Notes under the pieces: model-generated
What the model was told of the DNA's origin: nothing
Database searches by the model: none
What the model saw: the letters and a program-made list of their open reading frames with translations, nothing else
NCBI GenBank assembly: GCA_027604505.1
Contig: JADIIX010000026.1
Coordinates: 124,001 to 188,000 of the forward strand
Direction of reading: 5' to 3'
Length of the DNA stretch: 64,000 nucleotides
DNA from: Gonapodya sp. JEL0774
Lineage: Eukaryota
Translations under genes and position numbers: made by a program
Part shown: positions 22,803-34,047 of the stretch, piece after piece
Layout: the number at the start of each line of letters is the position of its first letter
Position numbering within the stretch: the first letter of the stretch is position 1

Positions 22803-24008
22803 ATGCCGTCAGAACAGACGTCAACATGCTCACTAGATCCCATCAAGAGCATCCTTGGTGCCGAGCTGAAGGATGATGCCGAGGAGGAGACACTCTATGG
22901 GTCTTTTTCGGAGCTCGTCGGATCGGTGGTGGACCTTGACAAGGTAAACAGACCAAAGGCATGTCAAGAATGGAGGAGGATGACAGCATCATGTTTGAGC
23001 AGGAATACATGAACTGATTCTTCTTGTCCGTCCATCACTCATAGTAGGTGCAATCACCTTCGCGGATATTGGTGCCCGATATCGGTGGCAAGGTACATAT
23101 GCACACTCGTTGCGCCGTTATTGATTCCCATTAACGACCAAGAGTTCTGTCTTTCTTGCATGTCGATGCAGCCCCAGAACCTATTCTCGCTTGTTTCGGA
23201 CTCGTTCCCTCCACTTCCTCTGTCCCCAGATGCCCGCCCTCGTCCCTCCAAGCTCGGTCGTGGGCAACCGTCGCGATCTCCACGCCACCATAAAAGAAAA
23301 CCCACAATGAAACTCAAGCGAGCGATGTCCGTCTTGTCGCTAAGGTGAGCAAAAGTTGATTGGGGTGATCACCAGCAGACCCATCCTCCCCCGTTTCAAT
23401 CACGATGAAATCACCCTTGATGCCACAAAACGATACGAGAAAATAGCACCACAAGTCAGCCATCGATGGCACTCCGTCCCGCCCGTGCGATTCAACACCA
23501 AGTTCGAATGAAACATCACCTCTCACTCCTCGTCAGAACTCACCCACCACCATTGGTTGCAGCCGGAAACTCACCACCGACCGCGATGCGTTCACTCTAG
23601 TCTCTAAAAAAGCTGGATCCATCGATAAACGAAGTTGCTGATTCCTTCAAAACAGCCCCCAGCGAGTGGCTGTTGCCCACGCCAACCGCTTCGCGGTGTT
23701 GGAGGATGGAGACGTAATGAATGAAGTGAACACCAAATAAATTGGATTGCAATCGCGTTACTGGAGCCGCAATCGCTAAAAGACACGTTTAATTCTTGTA
23801 TGGCAGGATCCCGTCGATCATGTGGCTGCGTTGATGCCCGTTCAAACCACCCGAGCTCAAGTCCGTCCGTGCTTTGGCTGATTCTGCTCAACACAACCAG
23901 CACCAGTACAAGATGTGGAAAGAGTGGTTGAATCGGCAGCGGTTCTGTCTCGGACAAGAATTAGGTTCTAACAGTAGGATTGTTGGATATATCAGTACAA
24001 TACATTAA
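22803..24008 (+). pseudogene. Orphan paralogue B, frameshifted copy of 18549-19763
   Basis: Shares EETLYGSFSELVGSVVDLDK plus intron, NRFAVL, and QHNQHQYKMWKEWLNRQRFCLGQE. The last exon is out of frame (stops at 23832 and 23879) and a 1-nt deletion displaces the stop. Confidence 0.65.
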
Positions 24009-25250
24009 CGCTAGAATCTCTCATAATTGTGTTCTCCGAGAAGCCGGTGTGAGAGACATTTTGTTTACGTGTTGGCATTCTAGGTATGGCATGGCAATCG
24101 AGGTGCTGCGTTGGCTCCTTCCCTTGCTGACAGTTATTTCCGCCCTCCACAGGATGCACTTGGAGCTGATGTTTACTTTTTGCTGTCTGCGTTGTAAAAC
24201 AATTATGGTCCCGGCCCATGATGCCGCAAACGGTGCGACCGAGGTATTTGTCTGACATCCTATTGGTTCGATACAAGAACCCGACAAAATTTTCGATTCC
24301 ACATTAAGTTTGGTTAGTATGCTGCTATGATGGAGATTTCCTGACAATCCAAATTCGCTCTTGTGGGGAATGGACAGTGGGTCTTTTCTGGGGTGAATGG
24401 TTTCACCCAACTCTGGTGGATGGGATGGCAATAGAGGGAGATAATGGCCCAAAGCATATGTACATAAATTCTCCATGTACGCATGGGTGACGGCTTGCGG
24501 TATAACGGCGTAGTTTTTGTGGGGCATGGCAAAACAAAGAGACGGACACCTCAACACGTCTGTCCCCTCGAACCATTCTTCGATTGAGAGACAAGAGGAA
24601 TGCCAAACTGAGTATCGGAGACTGACACGAATTCACCAAATTCAGGGCTTTGGAATAAAACTGTGCCGCCAGAGTTCGCCAAGGACACACGCCATTGAGG
24701 GTGCAAACTGGGTTCAATACCGCACCCCACCGCACCCAGGTATGGCGGACGGCGGAAAAGGAAAAGAGAGTGCAGACTGAGTGCAGAAAGGTGCAGAAGC
24801 GGCGATTGAGGTGTACAACTGCACAAACGAGTTTCGGCCCTAATGTGAGGAATTGCACGTCTTCTGCAGCAGAACAGCTGGCAGAGATAAAATAACATCC
24901 TGGCACGACCGTGCCCTTCATCTGAGAAAACGCAAGCGTTTTCCATGCTTTTCAATAGCGTCTCGGTCCCGTTTTTTTTGTTGTTTGTTGCTACAAACAG
25001 CCCGCCCCCACTTTGCCCCCTCAGTCGATCTCAATCAATATTTGTCAGCCCGTCTCCCGCCAACGTAGAGCTGAACCCCTTGATCTGATGCCACGCCCCA
25101 AGGGGTTTCAATATAAAAGCAAGCCAATTTTTAGTTCGCCCAATTCACGCATCAGCACGCTTTTCGCAAATTAAACAAGACATCAACAATGTGGGATTCT
25201 GCGCTCAGCCAGATGCCGTGGCGGCTTTCGATTAACTCTGTGTCTTCCCC

Positions 25251-26774
25251 ATGTCTCTGATTTACAGGCTCATCCCATTCACTTTCCTCGTGGCGGCAAC
25301 ATCAATCATTGGAGTCTCGGCGCAGTCATCAAAGACATCGTACTTCGTGGAGTCCGGATTGACGTTTCCGGATGAGGACTATGTTCACGAGATGGTTCTC
25401 TGTCCCGGCCCCGACGGGAAGCAACAACTTCAGGTGCGCAATATTGTGACGGCTCTTCTATTCGACTCTATCTCACACGTTTGTTAGCTGTGGTACTGGA
25501 ATGATGCCGGCAAGGTTAATGCCGTTACGAATCCCGATTTTTCGTACACCGTGAGTTGGTCCTTCAACTTGGAGTTCGATTCGACCAGACGATCAGTGCA
25601 TTCAACACGACATCGTTCACCATTCAAGGCTACGCCTCTGTTTGAGGCGGACACTGTCCAAGACGCGATCTTCGATAACATGCAGATTTGCGTCGGAAAA
25701 ACGCAGTGCGGGATTACCGTGCAGTTGGCTCAAAATCTCCCACTGTCGACAGCTGGGAAACTTGTGGGAAATGTTATCGACTCGTTTGAAAAGGATAAAA
25801 TCGGCGCCGCGTACTATACGAGCGGACTGCTGCAGAGAGTGGGAAAGTGCACGAGTGTCTTTTGGTCGAACATGCAAAAGGTGAGTGCTTGTAAAAAGCT
25901 AAACTGTGTGGTGAAAGATTTCGACAGCTTCCTTCTTCCCTCACATAGCATTTTTACCCGGTCTTCTCCTCTAGCGACGATTGGACTCTTCTAAAAACAG
26001 ACAACAAAAGCCTCGCTGATATATTGGCCGATCCGATGTACAACTACTGCAACGCCGCTGTGTGTAATCCGTGAGTGTTTAAATCGCCTTTTCTTCGAAG
26101 TTCACCTGGAGTTGGTCGTATATACGTCCTGAACCACTCTCCTTTCAACCACCACTCAGCACCCAGGAATTTTACGGCAAAACGTGTGGAACGAGCGTGG
26201 ATTCAAGCAACACTTGCACCGGCGTCACCTCCCCAGTTCAGCCGTCCAAGTTCATTTTCGGTCTCCAGTACAACGCTCAAGCAGACCCGACTGCATACAA
26301 CACCTACCTCGGCCTCCTAAAGTCGAATTCGAACAAGGTCTCTGGTCCACAGCAGACTTACGAAGTCTGGACTTTTATCGGCCCGGAGAGTCCCTACCAG
26401 ATCGATGAATTCCTGGTCAACAACTACAAGAGTAGTGCGATGGTGTCCCTTCTGATCGGACCTTTCCGCAACCAGAAACAGGGACAAGTGATTTCTGGTC
26501 ATGCCGCTGCCACAATGGGGTGAGCTGAGAGCTTGCGCAGCTTCTACGTTTGACCATGCCTGTAACCGCGACCTACTTTGACATCTCGCCCAGCTACAAG
26601 ATCACTGATGCCCCGCCCAGGACTTGCAACACAGCCAACATCATCTCCGCCGTATTTGAAATAGGTGCTGCAGTCGCGCCGGGCCTCTTCCCCACCGGCA
26701 TCGCCGGTCCCATCATTGCCGGAGCACTTGGCGCGGCCGGCGGATCATTGTCTCTTGCGGGGGCGCTCTGTTGA
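25251..26774 (+). CDS. Secreted hypothetical protein with C-terminal glycine-zipper hydrophobic hairpin, about 6 exons
   Basis: Signal peptide MSLIYRLIPFTFLVAATSIIGVSA-Q, scattered Cys, final exon C..NIISAVFEIGAAVAPGLFPTGIAGPIIAGALGAAGGSLSLAGALC*. Confidence 0.7.
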
Positions 26775-27252
26775 GAATGTTCAAGAAACGAAAGGACTGA
26801 ATATGTTTCCCCCACCGTGGCGCAACACCTAAAATGAGAAATGGTACAGCAGGACTGGCCTCTCTATTTGGCTCTGATTGGCGAGGGAGCCTGTTTTGCA
26901 GGTTTAGCGCTATTTTGTTCTTATTCTATTATCCTATAATCACTATAATAATACTGAGGGCACTTTCTGAGCGGCGAACTATCGGCAATATCAGCGCTAC
27001 TTCCTCGCAGCAGCGGTAAATGTTGCAGCCCTCGCAGCCAAAGCACCCGCATGGACGAGAGCACTTGGCCTGCGAAAGATGGCTTGGCAGAGTTTAGGAA
27101 GATTTGCTTGAGATTCGAAACAATTCACGGATATTGGGGACAACGGTACAAGGTCAGCACACTTTCTTGCCTGGTCAGTGAAGTCGTGGTAGCGTTGTGC
27201 ACCTTGTGGTCGACCGAGAAAGACTCCTCGGCTACAGTCCGCAGCCATTTTG

Positions 27253-27347
27253 TTTTTGTGAATCTGTGCAAGGCCTATCAACGGCCAGGCCAGCAATCCC
27301 GGTTTTGAAGTCCGGTGCTTCTTTAGTTAGTAACCAGCAAGCCAACT
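27253..27347 (+). repeat. Inverted repeat, left arm
   Basis: tttttgtgaatctgtgcaaggcctatcaacggccaggccagcaatcccggttttgaagtccgg...gcaagccaact aligns with the reverse complement of 28392-28493. Confidence 0.85.
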
Positions 27348-27597
27348 GAGTTGAAGACGCCAGTCATGCGTTGAGGTTGTTCTTGTAGTATGTTCATTTC
27401 GGAGCGAGAGGTCTTTAGGGGAGGCGACAAAGGTACCGTAGTGTCGAAGAAGAGATGTAATCCAGATAATCCAGTATGTCGAGATATTATGTGTCCTGAT
27501 GTTTGTCTAGCACGAAAGATAGATTTACGTAAGGTTTGGAAGGCAAATTGTACATGAAATGACGTTTCGGCAATTGGAACAGTCGGTGCGGTGAAAT

Positions 27598-28312
27598 CTA
27601 CAGGTATGGCCTGGTACAACGCTCAACAGTGCACAGCCTACGCAGCATTTCAAGTGTTTCCGATGCAGTTGGTCTGGACTCGACTGATCCCTTCACCCGT
27701 AGTCCCAAATGTTGTATATCGTCTGAGAGTTGTACGCCCCGTTGATCGCATTCAAAAATCAATTGACCGACTCCCCAAATGTGCACTTCAGCCCCATGCC
27801 CATCCAAGAAAACTTCTGGAGCATGGCAGAATCTGTTCAGGTTCTGTGCAGTGTGCAGCAACCGTTGGCTGCCATGCTGCTTCGTCCCAATCAATCAAAT
27901 ACCACGATGATGAAGAAGAGAATCGTTTTCTTTGAGAAATAACATTTGGCCAGCGAATATCGCGCTGGTATATAGGACGGTGCCCTCCGTGCATTTTCTG
28001 AGAACGTGTATGATCAACCCGCGCAAAGGTGATAAATAACAAAGGCCATCAATACTGGCACATACCTCCAGCGCTTCAAGAATGCAGACCAGAGCATCAA
28101 CAAGTTCTCCTTCATCTCCTGGCAGAATATCTAGACCCTTTGGTGATAACCACACAGAGTCAGCTGAACATCCTAGCAGTATATCGGTGTTCGGTACTTT
28201 CAATGTCCTGAGACTCTGGTAAACACTTTGCAAATGTTGTATCTTCTCAGCAGCATCAATTTGAATGTTTTCTTGACTGCATTGTCGCCAAGTTCGATAA
28301 TTTTGTCATCCC
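27598..28312 (-). pseudogene. Degraded Crinkler-associated protein-kinase-like domain fragment
   Basis: IIELGDNAVKK, LQSVYQSLRTLKVPNTD, YQRDIRWPNVI, WYLIDWDEA, HAPEVFLDGHGAEVHIWGVGQLI. Frameshifts near 28256 and 27850; N-terminal part absent. Confidence 0.75.
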
Positions 28313-28391
28313 TGCAAGCAAGAGGTGCGTTATTTCACTCATGAAGATTAATCGAAATTTTTGTCCGTTTCCAAGCAAGTACTCGTCCTTT

Positions 28392-28493
28392 AGTTGGCTT
28401 GCGGGTTGATACCAACTAAGGCAGCTCCGTCCGGGCTTCACAACCGTGATTGCTGGCTTGGCCGATTGTAGGCCCTGCGCAGATTCACAAAAA
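28392..28493 (-). repeat. Inverted repeat, right arm
   Basis: Minus strand reads tttttgtgaatctgcgcagggcctacaatcggccaagccagcaatcacggttgtgaagcccgg...gcaagccaact. Confidence 0.85.
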
Positions 28494-29458
28494 TTAGTTG
28501 CATTGGTAACATGAGCGTAATAGTGTAACCGGCAGTGACCATGGACAGACTAGGCCAGGAGGAAGGGGTTGATGGGCCGAACAAGAAACCTTCGTCTTCA
28601 TGAGAAACGGCCAAGACCTTGCCAGGGTTCTTTTTTCCAAAAATTGTTTATATTTGCGAGGGACCATGTGCTTGGCCTGATCCCCCTCTGATCAGCGCAG
28701 TCAGCACTAGCGTGATAGATCAGCAGGGAATTCTGGGTGCTGTAGTTTAGTTGTCTCTTTGACTTTTTGACTTCTGTTTATTGCAATGCTGTCTGGATAG
28801 CATCATGATCCATGATGAGCAGCCATGTTCCCGTACTGAAGCATCGCCTGTGGACAAACGCCCAAGGAATGAATCACTGCACAATCTCTGATTGCCTGTG
28901 AGTCCCGTCCCCAACGTGCATGACATCCGCATTCTTTGATATAATCAATGATATTGTAGATTTTTCACACGAAAACCACACTGTGACGCAAATTATACAA
29001 GGAGCGATCTAGAAACCCAGAGTTGAATGGAAATGAGGATTTGAAGTGGGCGGAAAGGGAAATCGTAAAGAAGGCGAATATGCAAATATGATTGAAGCAA
29101 ACACACGGGGCATCCCAAATACACACAAAAAGAAGACAAAAACAGCAGCGGGGCAAGAAGCAGAACGTAAACGCTTCTGCCACCACAGAGTTTCCCATCA
29201 GACCCATAACGTTCATCGTCCCAACGAAACGACACGCAAGCACAGAGTGACGAGCGAGTTCACCCTCCTCTCAACAGACGCCGGATGCAGGATCAGGGGA
29301 GAGAAGGGGTAAAGCGGGCAAGCCGTAAGAAGAGTCTACATCTCCATCGGCCCTGGAGATCATTACGAGCGACCCACGTTCCACTTCTTCGGTTGCTCCC
29401 ATTCACCCGCACCTCCCCGCTCAACAAACCCACAGTCCACCTGTCATCCTCGACCACA

Positions 29459-31335
29459 TCACCTCTGTCCTTCACTTTCCGTCCCGCCCACCGCTTCCGC
29501 ACTCCCGTTGCTGTTCTCGGCCTCATGACTCGTTTGCTCTCCCACAAACCTCACGTACCCTTCCCACCCCTCCACCACATCACCCCACTTTTGCTTCCAC
29601 TCCGCCACCACGCCCGCCAGATCCTCCATCGCCGCATTGTGTCGGTCCGACACGTCCCGCGGTGTGGACGAGGATCCAAGGATGGACCACGAGCCGCCTT
29701 GGTGGTGCATGCCCAGTGGCCGCACGGGTGGCGGAGGGGGGATGACCGAGGAAGTCTGACCAGGAGGAGGGTCCGCACTTCCGCCTGCACCGGACCCCGC
29801 CGCAGGTGGGGCATCAGACCTTTCCCCTGTCCCAGCGCCAGCGCCCAACAATCCATTCTCTGCGTACAGCGCTTCAAACGCACTGATCATGGCGTTGCGG
29901 AGTCCCTCGCCGTCGTGGGAGAAGCCGAACCGGAACCGGACGCCCGTTTCGACGTGGTTGTGGGAGTCCGAGTCGCGGGAGTCATGAGAGTCACGGGAGT
30001 CGTCCGACGAGTCGGAATAGTCGTCGTTTCCGTCTTGGTCATCGCTCTCGTCCTCGTCGCCGCCGTCGCCGTCGTCGTTGGCATGGTTTGGGCCGTGCAG
30101 CCGTGCGTGAGTGCGGTCTCCGGTGGTCGTAGAGATCCGTCGTGAGGGAGACTGAACGCCCGTTGCAGCTCCGATCTCCGCACCGATTGGGATATCGACT
30201 CGCGCTCCAATCACACCATTGCCCACACCCGTAGTCGCACCAGCTCCGGCGCCCCCTTCCACAGCAGCCGACGGTGCTCCCGCACCAGCCGGCCCAGAAC
30301 CAGTCCCAACCGCAGTCCCCACCGTAGCGGCCACAGTCGACCCCATTTCCGCGAGGAGTTCCCTGCGTACGAGGGCGTCGTCTTCTGGTGAAATTTGAGA
30401 CCGCGTATAGCTTTGCACAAGGAAGTCGTCATCGCGCACCGTCTCGGGGTTGTTGGTAGTGTTTGTGTTGTTTTCAGTCGGTCCGAGGAGGGATCCGGTG
30501 TACGGGACGGCTGCGCTTGCTGGAGATCTGGAGCGGGGCCTACCTAGTGTGCGGTTGGCGGGGAGGAAACGTCGCGAGGGGAAAGTCCATATGGCAAAGT
30601 CGTCTGAGGCGGCGAGGATTGTTGGGGCGGAGGTGGAAGGAAGCGAGGAGGAGGAAGAGGAAGAGTTGGACGCTTCATCGGGACCAGAGCCTGGTGAGCC
30701 CGAGGAGTCAGCAAGAGTAGGAGTGGACGCGTTCGATCTGTCGGATGCGGAGAATGAGAAGAAGGGGCGGATATAAGTGTCGGAATGGTCGGAGTGGGAG
30801 TGGGTTTTGTGGTCGAGACTGCCGGCCTGTTGGGCGAGGGACGCCAAGGCGTCGAGGAAGGACATGTCCTCGGACGCGAGCGGGCGGATGACAGAGTCAA
30901 AGAGACGGCGGCCTGAAGTGCATTGGTGGTCATGTGTTTTTGGTGCAATTGGAGGAAATTGGGGTAATTTGGGGCAAGTCCGGAGTGGAACGAATACGTG
31001 ACCCAGTCGTTGGTCCAGAAGTACAGAGGTCCGGCCCGAGTCCGAGTGGAGAGCAAACATCGAGAGAAGCCGAGTTCGAGTGTCGAGGAAGCGAAAAGAA
31101 ACGCGGAAGAGTTCAAATCACGCGACCGACTCGATTTCCACAGCTCCCAAATCACAGAGCGACGCTGCTTTTCACTCTCCACCGCGTCCACCGCGTTCAC
31201 CGCCCCCGCCGTTCCCTCTCGCTGGAGCTACTGTCCCCCTCTCGGACTCCGGAACTCACGGGACAGCCGCTTGAGCTGGGACACCATTGTGTCCACCTCC
31301 CCACCGTCTGCCTTTCGCTTGACGGGCAGTCCCAT
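29459..31335 (-). CDS. Hypothetical low-complexity (Ser/Gly/Asp-rich) protein, multi-exon
   Basis: Long ORF 29459-31060 plus probable upstream exons (MGLPVKRKAD.., ..PLYFWTNDW). The start is uncertain. Confidence 0.55.
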
Positions 31336-31861
31336 CGTTGTATACGGTTCTTTCTTTGTCTCTGCGGCTGCTGGCGTTGTCGTCTTCTTGCGCAGCAATC
31401 TGGGTTCAGCTGCGTGGAACAAGGGGCCGTCTTCGCCTCAAGGTTCAAGAGCTTGCTGCGCTTGCTGCCGAAAGGGGGAAAGCTGCACAGTCCAGCAACA
31501 CAAAATTCCTGTCAACGACCGAGTTGGACGTTGGTGGAAAATAAATTCAAAGAGTATGGCCATTTCGAACAAATTACTAGCAAAAGACATGCGTCAAACT
31601 AGTTTCATTGGGTCCGTAGGAGCATGCCGAATGTCGAATCCGTCGGTAACTTACGTTGGCGGCTATAACTAATTCAAATACTTTTCTTGGAACAAAATTG
31701 AAATTTAATAATAGTATATGGAGGTTCCTCGTGCAAGGCTGGAAGAACACGACTGTGGATGGCTCCGTCACCAGTCCTATTTCCCATCAAGTGAAAGTTC
31801 TGTTATGACCGCCAATTTCAACTCCTTTTCGTGATTGAAATTTGGTAAAAGCCATCGAAAA

Positions 31862-33630
31862 ATGATCGACGCTCTTCCTCCCGAGATTCTTCTGGGCCTC
31901 GTCGTTCCTTGGCTTGGTCTGCCCTCTCGGCTGCGTCTCGCCTCCACGTGTTCCAAATTCCGCCACGAAATATTCGGCGAAATCGCCGTCTGGAGCTCGA
32001 TCGATTTTGTCGGATCGCAGGTCGATGTCGGTGTCGGTGTCGCCGAACGAACTGGATCGGCAACTCCACGCCGCTTCTGCAACGTTCAACTCGTCACAGA
32101 CGCGCTTCTGACCCGTTTCGTGCATCGTATCATCGCCCATGATCACCAAGTCACGCGGACATTCACCAACCTCACAAAGCTCGTGCTCCGCGGCTCTCCC
32201 GTGACGTTTCAGATCGTGTGGAGGATCGTCCACGATCTCGTCCCTCCCAACCAGCTCAAACTCTTGGACCTCAGGTCGTGCTACGACATCGTGTGGCCAT
32301 GGCGTGGCGCACAGTGCACATGGATATGGGACGAATCGCTGTCTGGTGAGAAAGGTGGTTTGGATGGCTATTGGCACGAGATTCAGGGCGGCCTCGAGTA
32401 CCCCTACGGCAAGCTCGCCTTTTACGACCCCGGACCCTCAGACGGGTTCGAAATCTCTGCGCATTCACTCAATGTGAAAGAACGAAACCCCTTTACTCCT
32501 CAAGAGCCGACCACCCCAACCTCAGACGCAGGTGGTCCCGACGACGATCACGACGGCACATCATCACCAACTCCACCACCCGATCTGGGACTCGCTCTCA
32601 TAGGTGGAACCCGCATCTACACAACTCTCCGGGGTGCACATACCCTACTCGTCCTCCACCTTGACTACGTGCCCTCGACCATCCTCTTCCAGCTCGAGCT
32701 CGTGGGCCTCAAGGCACAGGCAGATCTCCCGTGTACCGCCTGTGCGGGAAGTCTGGCGAGAAACGACATCGCCGAAGATGTTCCGGCACCTGGAGCAACA
32801 TGGTACTCATTTCCGCCAGTCTTTCCGGATGTGGTCCCCGTCGGATCAGGCTGGGACCTGCCCGCCACCACCCCCGAAGTCCCACAACCCCCGGACGAAC
32901 CCGACCCGCTCCCCAAGTTCTCCGCCCCCCTCAGACCTCCCCATTGCCCCACGTGCCGCCTCGTCCGCGTGTATCACCGCTCGTGTGCTCATTGTCGACT
33001 GTGCGGAGTCCCCGCGTGTCGTGGGTGTCTCGCCCTTACCAAGGGCGAGCCCCCGTCCACGTCGACCCATCCCGGTAAAGTGTTCACGTGTTTGACAACA
33101 TGTGGAACCTCGTGGGCGTGTCCCGCCTGCTTGGAGGAGCCTCCTGTGCAAAAGTGAGGTCGCTGGTGCATGTTCCTCGTCGTCCAGTTTGGTTTGCTTC
33201 TTGACCCTCCCGGCTCATGCATCCACGCCCCCATGTCTATGCGGACGCATTCTAGACTCTTGAAAATTCCCTCCTGTGCATCCTGTGGCCACCTTATCCG
33301 TGATTGTCCGTTCTGCAACCTCAGTGTGGACGAGTCGGGTCAGTTTCCCTTAGTGCTGTTGCTACTTCGTGATAGGTTCAAACCGAAAGTGTCCCCCCTC
33401 CACACCCCACACACACGAAAACCCTTTCCAACCCAGCCCACTCGGGCCTATCACCCTCCATAGCCGGCGCTCACGGCTCCCTCACGCCGCTGACACCCGA
33501 TTGGCAGTGCGCGGGGTGTCAGGGCAAGGTTTGCGCGGGCTGCGCCAGGAGGGCACGACTGCATCAGGGAACGTCCTGCTGTGGAAGGGGTGTGGAGAGG
33601 GAGGGGAACCGGAGTGTATTTTGGCCGTGA
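31862..33630 (+). CDS. F-box protein with Cys-rich (putative Zn-binding) C-terminus
   Basis: MIDALPPEILLGLVVPWLGLPSRLRLASTCSKFR..WSSIDF, LRR-like LTKLVLRG and LKLLDLRSC, many CxxC pairs. Would end at 33805 if the G-run near 33603 is an error. Confidence 0.75.
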
Positions 33631-33732
33631 GAGCCAATGGGGTGGCGGAACGTCCTGCTATGGAAGGGGTGTGGAGAGGGAGGAAACAGGAGCGTGTTTT
33701 GGCCGTGAGAGGCAATGGGGCGGAGTGGAACG
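33568..33732 (+). repeat. Tandem duplication, two copies of a 79-80 bp unit
   Basis: ggaacgtcctgct[g/a]tggaaggggtgtggagagggagg..ttttggccgtgagag[c/g]caatgggg starts at 33568 and 33647; a third ggaacg starts at 33727. Confidence 0.9.
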
Positions 33733-34047
33733 AGGTGGGGGGGCGTGGGTAGGGCGCATTCGACGTGCTGTCGATATTGTAGAGCTCAGAGAATTGCTTT
33801 CGTAATTGCGTTTTTCATGTGCATACATCCAGAGATCAAATTGTTGCCAAACTACACAGTATCCAACAAAGTTTTGGTCCGGGGAGATTGCTCCCACTCC
33901 CCAGCGCGCGAACCTTCCTTCCGAGCCAACCTTGACATAAACCACAATACGCTTCAGAGCTCCGCCAACACACGTCATTCGATCTTTGCCCTTCGCAGGC
34001 AGTAAACCGCTGCGCCACAGCCCAAATGGCCACACTCCGTCCGGTTC

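Noticed and set aside
29960..30075. Periodic DSx/acidic codon repeats
   Set aside because: Ordinary low-complexity coding sequence.
29285..30145. 286-aa plus-strand ORF
   Set aside because: Antisense shadow of the GC-rich minus-strand gene; no motifs.
30934..31672. Two overlapping ~220-aa plus-strand ORFs
   Set aside because: No domain-like features, and they overlap the probable 5' exons of the minus-strand gene.
33568..33732. Repeat considered as CRISPR-like
   Set aside because: Two contiguous copies with no spacers, in a eukaryotic exon, with no cas genes.
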